A stretch of DNA of 55,567 bases from Cyclobacteriaceae bacterium (lineage in GTDB: Bacteria > Bacteroidota > Bacteroidia > Cytophagales > Cyclobacteriaceae). Below, one piece after another: positions 28,640 through 38,119 of the stretch; position 1 is the stretch's first letter, and every line of letters starts with the position of its first letter. Below the pieces are notes generated by a model that searched no databases, was not told where the DNA came from, and saw only the letters and a program-made list of their open reading frames with translations. The DNA lies in the NCBI GenBank assembly GCA_031423035.1, contig JANPES010000268.1, positions 1 through 55,567 of the forward strand, written 5' to 3'. The position numbers and the translations under genes were made by a program.

Positions 28640-29236
28640 TTAATTTGATGCTAAAAGTGATCCAATGTACTTCAGCAGTTCATCTTTTCCGCGCCTGTCG
28701 GTAGCGGATGTAAAGAAAATGGGAGGAAGTTCTTCCCAGGCAGCGCCTAATTTTTTCTCCCATAAGGATTTGGTAATGGCCAGCTGGCCCCTGGAGATTT
28801 TGTCCACCTTGGTAAATGCCAGCGCAAACGGTATGCCCTCTTCTCCCATCCACTGAATGAAATCCAAGTCGATCGGCTGCGGTTCCAGCCGCGGGTCGAG
28901 CAGCACAAAAGTCGTCTGCAGGTTGGTCCGCTTCTTCAGGTAGGTTTCGATCATGGGGCCCCAGGCCTGGCTCTTGCTTCGGCTAATGCTCGCGTACCCG
29001 TATCCCGGCAGGTCTACCAGGTACCAGTCGTTATTGATGATGAAGTGGTTGATCGTCTGCGTCTTTCCTGGACTAGAAGAGGTTTTTGCCAAATTCCGCC
29101 GGTTGACCAGCAGGTTAATGAGGGAAGACTTGCCTACGTTTGATCGTCCGATAAAGGCAAATTCCGGTTTGTCAGGCTGTGGGCACGCCAAAGGGTTCGT
29201 GTTGCTAGTAACAAATTCTGCGGCCTTGATGTTCAT
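28640..29236 (-). CDS. engB: Ribosome biogenesis GTPase EngB/YihA
   Basis: GRSNVGKSS, PGKTQ, DLPGYG and TKVDK motifs. ATG 29236 is the likely start. Confidence 0.95.
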   Translation of the reverse strand: MNIKAAEFVTSNTNPLACPQPDKPEFAFIGRSNVGKSSLINLLVNRRNLAKTSSSPGKTQTINHFIINNDWYLVDLPGYGYASISRSKSQAWGPMIETYLKKRTNLQTTFVLLDPRLEPQPIDLDFIQWMGEEGIPFALAFTKVDKISRGQLAITKSLWEKKLGAAWEELPPIFFTSATDRRGKDELLKYIGSLLASN

Positions 29237-29348
29237 GTTTTCGTGCACAATATTACCCATAAGATTGGGTTTATTTATAGGGAGCAATGTGTGCTTGTCG
29301 GGGTTGTCAGTTTTAAATCGTAAATCGAAGCGAAGAGTAAATTATAGC

Positions 29349-30074
29349 ATGGGTGTTGTAGTTCCATACAAAGAAGATCCGGAGGCCAAGAAGCAGCAGG
29401 TGGCCCGCATGTTTAACAACATTAGCAGACGTTACGATTTTCTGAATCACTTTCTCAGCCTGGGTATAGACATTGCCTGGCGAAGGAAGGCCATCCGCAT
29501 GCTTCGTGAAAGTGCTCCGAAAAAGATTCTTGATGTCGCAACGGGCACCGGTGATTTTGCCATTGAGGCCCTGGCCCTGAATCCAGAAACCGTTATTGGT
29601 GTCGATATTTCCGACGGCATGCTTGAGGTAGGAAGGAAAAAACTGCGTGATCGCCACCTGGACAACCGGATTGAATTGAGGAATGCCGATTCAGAGAAAC
29701 TTCCCTTTGAGGACAATTTTTTTGATGCAGTAATCGTTGCCTTTGGGGTACGAAATTTTGAGAACCTGTCGCTGGGTCTCAGTGAGATGCTGCGGGTCGT
29801 TAAGCCGGGAGGCCGGGTGGTCATCCTGGAATTCTCCAGGCCGTCAAAATTCCCGATGAAGCAGTTGTACAACGTCTATTTTACCGCCATCTTGCCGACG
29901 ATTGGCCGTTTGATTTCCAGGGATCAGGCAGCATACCGCTACCTCCCCGAATCGGTTAAGGCCTTTCCGGATGGGAACGATTTCTTAAGCGTACTTTCCG
30001 GTCTAGGGTATAAAAATCCGCAATGCGATCCACTTACTTTCGGAATAAGTTCATTGTACTCGGGGCACAAATAA
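29349..30074 (+). CDS. ubiE: Demethylmenaquinone methyltransferase UbiE/MenG
   Basis: YDFLNHFLSLG, LDVATGTGD, AFGVRN and Y.YLPES motifs. True start is about 29349. Confidence 0.95.
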   Translation: MGVVVPYKEDPEAKKQQVARMFNNISRRYDFLNHFLSLGIDIAWRRKAIRMLRESAPKKILDVATGTGDFAIEALALNPETVIGVDISDGMLEVGRKKLRDRHLDNRIELRNADSEKLPFEDNFFDAVIVAFGVRNFENLSLGLSEMLRVVKPGGRVVILEFSRPSKFPMKQLYNVYFTAILPTIGRLISRDQAAYRYLPESVKAFPDGNDFLSVLSGLGYKNPQCDPLTFGISSLYSGHK

Positions 30075-30751
30075 GTCTGCTGCTCCTGTTTGGGTTTGCC
30101 GCAGAGGCTCAACACTACAAATGGGCCCGCCGCAATAACCCGGAATTTGACCGCCGTAAAATCAGCTACGGATTTATGATTGGCCTGCACACGTCGGCTT
30201 ATGAGATCAAGTATGCTGATAACTTCGTAACACAGGATTTCGATACGGTACATTCCGTTCAAGGTAGCTTTTCAAGTGGCTTCTCACTAGGATTTCTCGT
30301 CAACCTTAGACTTAACGAAGTGCTCGACCTGCGAATCATGCCCAAGGCGGGATTCTACAACCACAAACTAACCTACTACTTTACGGACTACAGAACCAAT
30401 CAGCAATTGGTGGAAACAACAATGGTTGAGGTTCCCGTGCTACTGAAGTACAAATCCTCACGTAGGGGAAATGTGCGAATGTATGTGGTCGGTGGGTTTA
30501 CGCCAGGCATTGAGGCATCCGGAAAGAATGATGCGCAGTCAACTACTGAGTCACTCTCCATTAAACGATTCAACCTCAGTCTGGATGCAGGCCTTGGGTT
30601 TGATTTCTATTTTCCACTCTTCAAATTGTCGCAGGAAATACGCTTTTCCAGGGGCATTGTGGATATGCTGGGGACCGAACCCAGTAAATATCGTGAACCA
30701 CTCCAGGGAATAACGACCAATACCATTTCCATCTCTTTTATTTTTCAGTAA
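30023..30751 (+). CDS. porT: PorT/SprT family outer-membrane protein (type IX secretion)
   Basis: GFSLGFLVN, LDLR..P, EVPVLLKYKS.RRGN.R.Y and FYFPLFK motifs; downstream of ubiE as is usual in Bacteroidota. Confidence 0.85.
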   Translation: MRSTYFRNKFIVLGAQISLLLLFGFAAEAQHYKWARRNNPEFDRRKISYGFMIGLHTSAYEIKYADNFVTQDFDTVHSVQGSFSSGFSLGFLVNLRLNEVLDLRIMPKAGFYNHKLTYYFTDYRTNQQLVETTMVEVPVLLKYKSSRRGNVRMYVVGGFTPGIEASGKNDAQSTTESLSIKRFNLSLDAGLGFDFYFPLFKLSQEIRFSRGIVDMLGTEPSKYREPLQGITTNTISISFIFQ

Positions 30752-31509
30752 TGACAACAAAGCGAATTGTATTGATCACCGGAGCAACAGCCGGTATTGG
30801 CGAGGCAACAGCCCGTTTGTTGGCGATGCATGATTTCAACTTGATTCTTTGCGGCAGAAGATCTGACCGGCTGAAGGCTTTGCGGGAGGAATTGTCACGA
30901 AAGACAGAAGTTCTAACCCTACAACTTGACGTTAGAAACCGTAAGCAGGTTTCGACGGTGCTTCAGTCGCTGCCCAATGACTGGCGCGATGTGGATGTAC
31001 TTATCAACAACGCGGGTGGAGCCCACGGTCTTGATCCGATTCAGACAGGAAATGTTGATGACTGGGAGGCCATGATTGACACGAATGTCAAAGGACTACT
31101 GTATGTGTCCAGGGAAATCCTGCCAGGCATGATCCAGCGTGGTTCAGGCCACGTGGTAAATTTAGGTTCAATTGCCGGCCGTGAGGTGTATGCTGGTGGG
31201 AATGTGTATTGTGCCAGTAAGTTTGCCGTGGATGCACTAAGCCGCGGAATGCGCATCGACCTCAACGCAGCAGGAATTAAGGTCACTCAGGTAAATCCCG
31301 GACTTGTAGAAACTGAATTCTCTCGGGTCCGGTTTAAAGGCGACGAGAGCCGTGCCTCCACCCCCTATAAGGGCCTGCAGCCACTTCGCGGAGAGGATGT
31401 GGCCGACCTAATTTTATTTGCACTGACACGGCCCGCTCACGTAGTCGTGGCAGACCTGGTGGTGTTCCCGGTTTCACAAGCCAGTGCCACAGTCGTGAAG
31501 CGGGAATAG
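30751..31509 (+). CDS. SDR oxidoreductase (YdfG-like)
   Basis: TGATAGIG, NNAG, YCASK and PGLVETEFS motifs. Confidence 0.92.
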   Translation: MTTKRIVLITGATAGIGEATARLLAMHDFNLILCGRRSDRLKALREELSRKTEVLTLQLDVRNRKQVSTVLQSLPNDWRDVDVLINNAGGAHGLDPIQTGNVDDWEAMIDTNVKGLLYVSREILPGMIQRGSGHVVNLGSIAGREVYAGGNVYCASKFAVDALSRGMRIDLNAAGIKVTQVNPGLVETEFSRVRFKGDESRASTPYKGLQPLRGEDVADLILFALTRPAHVVVADLVVFPVSQASATVVKRE

Positions 31510-31535
31510 TAGCGTTACGGGAATGTAAATTCTAC

Positions 31536-31570
31536 TTAACAATTTGTTAATGTCCTCCGTTTTCGAAAAC
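31536..31570. promoter_or_regulatory. Two palindromes upstream of the bestrophin-like gene (candidate operators)
   Basis: ttaacaa-t-ttgttaa (31536-31550) and gttttcgaaaac (31559-31570). Confidence 0.4.
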
Positions 31571-31592
31571 TTCGTGTGCTTAAGCCACACTT

Positions 31593-32366
31593 ATGATACG
31601 GATGATTCGAAGTTTCTCAATGATTATCAATTATAAGACATTCATCATCACCGCGATGGCGGTGCTCAGTTCGTACTTGTGCTTTACCTATGGGCTGATC
31701 GCTAAATTTCCAGACATGCTTGTGGGTGTAGCCATTGTATTTCCTGTGGTATTTTCCATTGGTTCGGCCTACAACCGTAGGGAGGTAGCACTTCAGCGAT
31801 GGGCCGATTTCCGCGGCCATGCCGTAGCCCTCTACTTCGCCACACGTGATTGGCCAACAGACAGGAATAATGACTTGGCGGAACGTACACGTGCGCTTAC
31901 TTCCGACATGGTGCATCGCACAAAAGAGATATTAACTTCCGATCGGAAATCCTGGCAAGCGAAGGAAGAGGAGTATTACAAGCTTTTTTCCAAGCTCTCC
32001 GAAATTACCATGGAGATGAGAAAGTACGGCGTTCAAAGCGGGGAGATTTCCCGTGTAAGCCAGTACCTGAGCAAAATGATAATCGCTTTCGATAACCTCA
32101 AAATCATTTACCAGTACCGGACACCCATCACACTGCGTACCTATAGCAAGGTTTTCATTTATGTATTTCCAATCATTTATGGACCCTATTTTGCAAGCAC
32201 CTTTCATGACTTTTCGGCTAGCCTGGAGTATGTCATGCCGGTGTTGTATAGTTTTATTCTGGTAAGCCTTGATAACATTCAGGATCATCTTGAAGATCCG
32301 TTTGATCAGGTCGGTGAGGACGATATTAACCTCGATGCCAACGAGACGCTCCGCCTGCTGGTATAG
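31593..32366 (+). CDS. Bestrophin-like membrane protein
   Basis: Two pairs of transmembrane segments, SAYNR, TP and LEDPFD..GEDDI motifs. Confidence 0.7.
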   Translation: MIRMIRSFSMIINYKTFIITAMAVLSSYLCFTYGLIAKFPDMLVGVAIVFPVVFSIGSAYNRREVALQRWADFRGHAVALYFATRDWPTDRNNDLAERTRALTSDMVHRTKEILTSDRKSWQAKEEEYYKLFSKLSEITMEMRKYGVQSGEISRVSQYLSKMIIAFDNLKIIYQYRTPITLRTYSKVFIYVFPIIYGPYFASTFHDFSASLEYVMPVLYSFILVSLDNIQDHLEDPFDQVGEDDINLDANETLRLLV

Positions 32367-32424
32367 ATTGGCCGGTAGCCATTGGTTTTTAGTTGTGGAA
32401 CTGTCCTGTAGCTATGGGCTTCGC

Positions 32425-34182
32425 TTATCCTTTCGGCTCCACCACAGCAATTGCGAGTTCAGTGAGCTGCTGCTGCGAGATGGTTGACGGTGTATCAATC
32501 ATCGTGTCCCTTCCCGCATTATTTTTTGGGAAGGCAATGAAATCACGGATGCTGTCTGCGCCGCCAAAAAGAGAACATAACCGGTCAAAGCCGAAGGCAA
32601 TTCCCCCGTGGGGAGGAGCACCGAATTCAAAAGCCTCCAGCAAGAAGCCAAACTGTTTCTTTGCTTCATCATCCGTAAAACCCAATTTCGAGAACATCAG
32701 TTGTTGCGTCGGGCGATCGTGAATCCGGATTGATCCGCCACCAACTTCGGTTCCGTTAATGACCATGTCGTAGGCATTGGCCCTCACGCTAGCGGGATCG
32801 GAATCAAGTAAATGAAGGTCATCCAGTTTTGGGGACGTAAACGGATGGTGCATTGCATTGTAACGATTGGATTCTGCGTCCCATTCAAGCAGTGGGAAGT
32901 CTATTACCCAAAGCGCCGAGAAGGTGTTCTTGTCGCGGAACCCAAGTTGCGAGCCAACCAACAGACGAAGTTCGCCCAGGGCCTTGCGCGTTTGATCGGT
33001 CGAGCCAGCGAGAATCAACATCAAGTCACCGGGCTTTGCCTGAAAGGCTGCAGCCCATTTTTTTAGGTCTTCTTCGGTGTAAAATTTGTCCACACTCGAT
33101 TTGAGGGACCCACCTGCTTCGTACCGGACATAAATCATTCCCTTTGAGCCGATTTGCGGCCGTTTCACAAAATCTGTGAGCTCGTCCAGCTGTTTTCGCG
33201 TATAGGAAGCTGCCCCCTTGGCGCAAATGCCGACTACAAGATCTGCATTGTCAAAAACAGGGAAACCTTTTCCTTTGGCAAGTACGGTGAGCTCTATAAA
33301 CTTCATTTCGAAACGGGTGTCCGGCTTGTCTGATCCGTAATACGTCATGGCATCAGCATAGGTCATGTGGGGTATCGCTGGCAAATCAATTCCCTTCACG
33401 GTTTTGAAAAGATGCCGGATAAGGCCTTCGAACGTGTTGAGAATATCTTCCCGCGTGACAAAGGCCATTTCACAGTCAATCTGCGTAAACTCCGGCTGAC
33501 GATCTGCCCGCAGGTCTTCGTCGCGGAAACATTTTACAATCTGGTAATACCGGTCAAAACCAGACACCATCAGCAGTTGTTTGAAAGTCTGTGGAGACTG
33601 TGGCAACGCGTAGAATTCACCTGGGTGGATCCGAGAAGGAACAACGAAGTCTCTTGCCCCTTCAGGCGTAGATTTAATAAGTACAGGCGTCTCCACCTCA
33701 ATGAAATTGAGGCTGTCCAGATACGTTCGCGTCTGCTGGGCCATCCTGTGACGAAGTTGAAGACTTTCCCGCACGGCTGTTCTGCGAAGATCGAGGTAGC
33801 GATATTTCATTCGCAAATCGTCTCCACCGTCAGTATCTTCTTCGATTGTAAATGGGGGGACTTTGGAGGGGTTCAGAATTTCAAGTGATTCAAGCCGAAT
33901 TTCAACATCTCCTGTTGGCATTTTGTCGTTTTTGGAAAGTCGCTCCACTACGGTTCCGACAGCTTTAACCACGTACTCGCGACCCAGTTGGCGTGCGGTA
34001 TCCAGCAAACTTGAATCTGACTTACCTTCTTCCAGAAAAAGTTGAGTGATGCCGTAGCGGTCACGAACGTCAATCCACATAAGGCTCCCCTTATCGCGGG
34101 TTCGCTGAACCCAACCTGTCAGCGTCACTTGCTGGTTAACATTCTTTATCCGCAATTCGCCGCACGTATGAGTTCGAAGCAT
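32425..34182 (-). CDS. aspS: Aspartate--tRNA ligase
   Basis: [38 protein letters not shown] and GAPPHGG motifs. Confidence 0.98.
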   Translation of the reverse strand: MLRTHTCGELRIKNVNQQVTLTGWVQRTRDKGSLMWIDVRDRYGITQLFLEEGKSDSSLLDTARQLGREYVVKAVGTVVERLSKNDKMPTGDVEIRLESLEILNPSKVPPFTIEEDTDGGDDLRMKYRYLDLRRTAVRESLQLRHRMAQQTRTYLDSLNFIEVETPVLIKSTPEGARDFVVPSRIHPGEFYALPQSPQTFKQLLMVSGFDRYYQIVKCFRDEDLRADRQPEFTQIDCEMAFVTREDILNTFEGLIRHLFKTVKGIDLPAIPHMTYADAMTYYGSDKPDTRFEMKFIELTVLAKGKGFPVFDNADLVVGICAKGAASYTRKQLDELTDFVKRPQIGSKGMIYVRYEAGGSLKSSVDKFYTEEDLKKWAAAFQAKPGDLMLILAGSTDQTRKALGELRLLVGSQLGFRDKNTFSALWVIDFPLLEWDAESNRYNAMHHPFTSPKLDDLHLLDSDPASVRANAYDMVINGTEVGGGSIRIHDRPTQQLMFSKLGFTDDEAKKQFGFLLEAFEFGAPPHGGIAFGFDRLCSLFGGADSIRDFIAFPKNNAGRDTMIDTPSTISQQQLTELAIAVVEPKG

Positions 34183-34248
34183 CTGAATTTGATTAATTTT
34201 GGGCATGCAAGTTAATAATAAACCGCTTTGATAGTGTTAGGGGCTTCA

Positions 34249-34794
34249 ATGAAAACCAGTGCCATCGTCTTGCTGTTTGCCCTTTCTTCCTTTTCTGTTG
34301 CAAAATGGGTAAAGACCCGGTTGCCGGATGGGGTTACAGTCTCTGTTCCAGAGGAATTAGCGGCGATGACGGTAGAAGATATGGCACAACGTTTTCCATC
34401 GGTTCGTGCACCACTCGGGGCGTTTACCGATGTTGATCGGGTAGTTGATTTCAGCGTCAATATCAGTGCGACCAACTGGCCAGATCAGGATGTGGACTTG
34501 GCGGGAAAGTTTTTTAAGGCAAGCCTTCAAAACCTATACGATCGGCTTGATATGACTAATGAAGGTATTCAAGTGATACATAAAAGGAAGTTCATCTATT
34601 TTGAATTTGAATCACGGGTAAGTGGCAATCGGCGTGTCCAGGGACTACAGGACCCGGTGGTCAAATACGTGTACATTCAATACCTTGTTCTTAAGGAGAG
34701 GACCCTTGTCTTCACGTTTACTTGCCCGAAGGATCGGAGGGAGGAATGGCAACCTGTTGCCCAAGAGCTAATGAAGCGCATCCGGGTGAACTAG
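34249..34794 (+). CDS. Hypothetical exported protein
   Basis: Signal peptide and a 181-aa ORF; possibly PsbP-like fold (inference). Confidence 0.7.
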   Translation: MKTSAIVLLFALSSFSVAKWVKTRLPDGVTVSVPEELAAMTVEDMAQRFPSVRAPLGAFTDVDRVVDFSVNISATNWPDQDVDLAGKFFKASLQNLYDRLDMTNEGIQVIHKRKFIYFEFESRVSGNRRVQGLQDPVVKYVYIQYLVLKERTLVFTFTCPKDRREEWQPVAQELMKRIRVN

Positions 34795-34838
34795 TCATTT
34801 TAGAAAAAGCGAATTGAATCACATATTGAATTTTTGAC

Positions 34839-35285
34839 ATGGAACCTCATACCGACGAGTACTTTATGCGGGAAGCCCTAAAAGAAGCTCAAAAGGCTTT
34901 TGAGGCAGGAGAAATTCCAGTCGGAGCGGTGGTGGTTTGTCAAGACAAGATCATTGCCCGGGCTCATAACCAGACCGAGCAATTGAATGACGCCACAGCC
35001 CATGCTGAGATGCTTGCCATCACTTCGGCCACCAATTACCTTGGATCGAAGTACTTGGATGAATGTACGCTCTATGTGACGCTTGAGCCATGTCCCATGT
35101 GCGCCGGAGCACTACAATGGTCCCAGCTTCAGAAATTGGTGTATGGCGCCGATGATGTTCAGCGGGGATATCATTTGGTGAAATCGCCCCTGCTTCATCC
35201 CAAAACGGTGGTCAAAAAGGGTGTAGCGCGTGAAGCGGGCGCTGCTTTGATGGATCGTTTCTTTCGAATGATCCGGGAAAAATAG
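34839..35285 (+). CDS. tadA: tRNA adenosine deaminase (nucleoside deaminase)
   Basis: EIPVGAV, AHAE and TLEPCPMCAGA motifs. Confidence 0.9.
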   Translation: MEPHTDEYFMREALKEAQKAFEAGEIPVGAVVVCQDKIIARAHNQTEQLNDATAHAEMLAITSATNYLGSKYLDECTLYVTLEPCPMCAGALQWSQLQKLVYGADDVQRGYHLVKSPLLHPKTVVKKGVAREAGAALMDRFFRMIREK

Positions 35286-35297
35286 TAACATTGCAAC

Positions 35298-35663
35298 ATG
35301 AGTATGGAGCTAAAAGGAAAAGTCATTCAGTTGTTGCCTATGCAGTCAGGTATGGGCAAAAAGGGTCCGTGGAAGAAGCAGGAGTTTATCCTGGAAACAC
35401 AAGCCCAGTATCCCAAGAAGGTTTGTCTTTCTGCCTGGGGAGATAAAATTGATCAATTTGGAATTGCCGAAGGCGACCAACTGAATGTTGCTGTTGACCT
35501 GGAAAGCCGGGAATATAATGGACGCTGGTACACGGAAGCCCGGGCCTGGAAAATTGAAAAATCGGGCAGTGGCAGCACCAACAACGCGAAGGACCCCATA
35601 GGGGAAGAGCCTTTTAACTCAGGCGGCAACAATAATGCTGCAGTTGACGATCTACCATTCTAG
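35298..35663 (+). CDS. DUF3127 OB-fold protein with SSB-type acidic tail
   Basis: WKKQEFILET..YPKK and SREYNGRWYT motifs; Gly/Asn linker ending DDLPF. Confidence 0.88.
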   Translation: MSMELKGKVIQLLPMQSGMGKKGPWKKQEFILETQAQYPKKVCLSAWGDKIDQFGIAEGDQLNVAVDLESREYNGRWYTEARAWKIEKSGSGSTNNAKDPIGEEPFNSGGNNNAAVDDLPF

Positions 35664-35677
35664 CGGATTAGAAACGC

Positions 35678-35896
35678 CTAGGCCTTTACTTTCTTTTTGC
35701 CCTCTTCAACGCGCTTTCCATTCTCGTGCTTGCCTAGGATAAATACGTCTTTCGTTGTTTCGTATTGTTTAGCGGCCTGCATCATGGCTTGCTCGGAATC
35801 GCGAATAATGATGGTTCCGGATTTTGCACCCTTGTTACGGATTTCAATATAGAAGCCGTCTTTTTTCTTTTTTGGAAGTATTGGAGGTCTGCCCAT
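35678..35896 (-). CDS. Small basic hypothetical protein (72 aa)
   Basis: ATG-started Lys-rich ORF with an A/T-rich leader and a perfect -7 element upstream. Confidence 0.75.
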   Translation of the reverse strand: MGRPPILPKKKKDGFYIEIRNKGAKSGTIIIRDSEQAMMQAAKQYETTKDVFILGKHENGKRVEEGKKKVKA

Positions 35897-36008
35897 GTAT
35901 GAGTGAAATTAAAGGTGTTTAGTGCAACTCTGCCGATTAACCCCGATGCCAGCTACATTGTTTGATCCAAAAGATAGATTTTCTGGTCAATTTCAGACAT
36001 TAGGCCTG

Positions 36009-36016
36009 CAAAGATA
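36009..36016 (-). promoter_or_regulatory. -7 promoter element
   Basis: Minus strand reads TATCTTTG(CA). Confidence 0.65.
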
Positions 36017-36060
36017 GCTTTTTTTATTTGAGTCGTTGACACGGAATGCAATCCCGGGGT

Positions 36061-36399
36061 TTAGTGCATTGGGCGATGCTTCTTTGAGAGCTTCGCCACA
36101 ACCAGCTCATAGGATTGCTTGATGCATTGGCTCCATTCTACCGGCCTAAGCGTGCCCGGATCTTCAACCAAAACCCAATGATGCTGCGCGGAATAGGGGG
36201 CCGGAATAATTCCATTGCGTTCCATCAATATCTCGAAGTCTTCCGGTGTTGCTTTGAAGGAAACCTTGAAGGGCCCATCCAAGGTCTGCACACAGTACAT
36301 TTTCTTACCAACGAGATAGCAAAGGTCATGTCCCCACTTGATATCTATTGATGTGCCCGGAAGTCCCATGCATAGCTTTTCAAGTGTCGAGGCATTCAT
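36061..36399 (-). CDS. MmcQ/YjbR family protein
   Basis: KW...L.Y.VGKKM, FK, GIIPAPY...HWV and I..SYELV motifs. Confidence 0.88.
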   Translation of the reverse strand: MNASTLEKLCMGLPGTSIDIKWGHDLCYLVGKKMYCVQTLDGPFKVSFKATPEDFEILMERNGIIPAPYSAQHHWVLVEDPGTLRPVEWSQCIKQSYELVVAKLSKKHRPMH

Positions 36400-36401
36400 G
36401 G

Positions 36402-37040
36402 TTAGAGATAAGCGGGCTTTTTGACACCAGGCTTAAGGGCAGGATCCGGGATAGCAATCCCGCGTGCCAAAGTCAGCGGCAGAACCCCAGCCCAGACATT
36501 CAGGGAATAATCTTCCTCGTCGTCTTTCGGCGGACCTGTCCTGACCTTTGCAGAAACTTCCTCGATAGCGAAAGAAAGAAGCATTGTGGCTTTCCACTCA
36601 TTGTCTGTCGGTTTTCGGACATCCGCCCAACGACCTGGGCACATTTTTTCTGTAAAGACTTCAAGTACCGAATAGAGTTCAGGCTTGTCCGTCACCATTT
36701 CAGGAACGCCGAATAGCACCACGGAACGGTAATTTACCGAATGATGGAACGCTGAGCGGGCCAAGACCAATCCGTCCATTAATGTGACGGACAGACAAAT
36801 AGGTGGCTTTTTCCCCGCCAATTGGCGCATGTAGTGACTTCCCACTGACCCGTGAATGAATAATCGGTCACCAACACGGCAGAAGCCGGTTGGGATTTGG
36901 TATGGCTGCCCCTCGGAAGCCCAGGCAATGGTACAATAGAGCGCTTCATCGAGGATCGCATAGATGGTTGCCCTGTCATAGCTTCCTCGTTTGGGCAGGC
37001 GTGTGATGGTTGTTTTTTCCGTCTTCTTGAATTCTTTCAT
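36402..37040 (-). CDS. Pyridoxamine 5'-phosphate oxidase-like FMN-binding protein (NimA-related)
   Basis: HGS, DGLVLARSAFHHSVNYRSV, SAKVRTGPP.D and WAGVLP motifs. Confidence 0.88.
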   Translation of the reverse strand: MKEFKKTEKTTITRLPKRGSYDRATIYAILDEALYCTIAWASEGQPYQIPTGFCRVGDRLFIHGSVGSHYMRQLAGKKPPICLSVTLMDGLVLARSAFHHSVNYRSVVLFGVPEMVTDKPELYSVLEVFTEKMCPGRWADVRKPTDNEWKATMLLSFAIEEVSAKVRTGPPKDDEEDYSLNVWAGVLPLTLARGIAIPDPALKPGVKKPAYL

Positions 37041-37110
37041 GTGAGAACGTGATTTGAGTGGTAGCTGAATGACGTGCTGTGTTTCTTGCTGCCTTTCGAA
37101 GGAAACTGAG

Positions 37111-38106
37111 TTAGATTTTCAAGACAATCTTCCCGAAATGATCTTTTGATTTCATCCTGGCGAAAGCCTCGTGAATTTGTTCGAGTGAATATACGGAATC
37201 AATCACCGGCTTCAGGTGCCGGCTTTCCACGAAGTCAATCATGGACAGGAATTCATCCCGCGTGCCCATTGTACTTCCAAAAATGGAAAGCTGCTTCCAG
37301 TATAGCAGACGAGTAGGCACGTTCGTTATCTGACCCGCAGTGCGGCCAAAGTTTACGATCCTGCCGCCAGGAAGTGCAAGGTCAAAAAGTTTTGCAAATT
37401 GGTCTCCACCCGCACTGTCAATGATGATATCAAAGCCTCCTGATTTTGCTGCTACTTCGGCCCAGGAAGAATCCGCATAATTGAAACCATCTATCGCACC
37501 CAGGGCTATCGCGCGCTGAATCTTTTCCTGAGATGCCGAGGTAACATAGGTTCTTGCCCCATAGGCGACAGCGAAAGTCAAGGCCCACAAGGCCGCGCCG
37601 CCGCCGATGCCCGTGATCAGTACCTTTTCCTTGGCGCGAAGCCTTGCTTTTGAAAACAATGCCCGGTAGGCAGTCAGTCCGTAATGTGGGGTCGCGGCAC
37701 ATTCCTCGAGAGAAAGCCCTTCTGGTCTTTCAAAAATATATTTTTTGGATACGACGACGTACTCAGCGAATGTTCCGTTGTCTGGCGCACCAAGAATTTT
37801 GAAGGTATCACCTTGAACCATGGGGTTCACGCCCCACTCCATGCTGGGATTGATGATTACCTCAGCCCCGACCAGCAAGGGATCAGCATCGTCGCCAACG
37901 TCCTCCACAACTCCAACGCCGTCGGATCCCAGAATAATACCTTCGGTTCTGGGCGTTTTCTCCTGCTCTTCCTGAATCCACAAGTCGCGGTGATTAAGTG
38001 CGGCTGCCTGCAGCTTAATCAATACCTGGTCTCTAACCGGTTTTGGTTTTGGAAGCTGGCCCAGATATAAAGGCGCTGCGCTACCTTTGAATATTACGGC
38101 CTTCAT
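37111..38106 (-). CDS. MDR-family (zinc-binding dehydrogenase / quinone oxidoreductase-like) enzyme
   Basis: ALNHRDL, GSDGVG, TAYRAL, TGIGGG, GSTMG and FGKIVL motifs. Confidence 0.9.
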   Translation of the reverse strand: MKAVIFKGSAAPLYLGQLPKPKPVRDQVLIKLQAAALNHRDLWIQEEQEKTPRTEGIILGSDGVGVVEDVGDDADPLLVGAEVIINPSMEWGVNPMVQGDTFKILGAPDNGTFAEYVVVSKKYIFERPEGLSLEECAATPHYGLTAYRALFSKARLRAKEKVLITGIGGGAALWALTFAVAYGARTYVTSASQEKIQRAIALGAIDGFNYADSSWAEVAAKSGGFDIIIDSAGGDQFAKLFDLALPGGRIVNFGRTAGQITNVPTRLLYWKQLSIFGSTMGTRDEFLSMIDFVESRHLKPVIDSVYSLEQIHEAFARMKSKDHFGKIVLKI

Positions 38107-38119
38107 GCCGATAGGAGAG

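Noticed and set aside
29314-29327. taaatcg x2 heptamer upstream of ubiE
   Set aside because: Only two units and it does not fit the YANYYRR consensus; could be chance.
28953-29348. 132-aa N-terminal extension of UbiE in the ORF track
   Set aside because: It is mostly the antisense of engB. UbiE similarity begins at ATG 29349.
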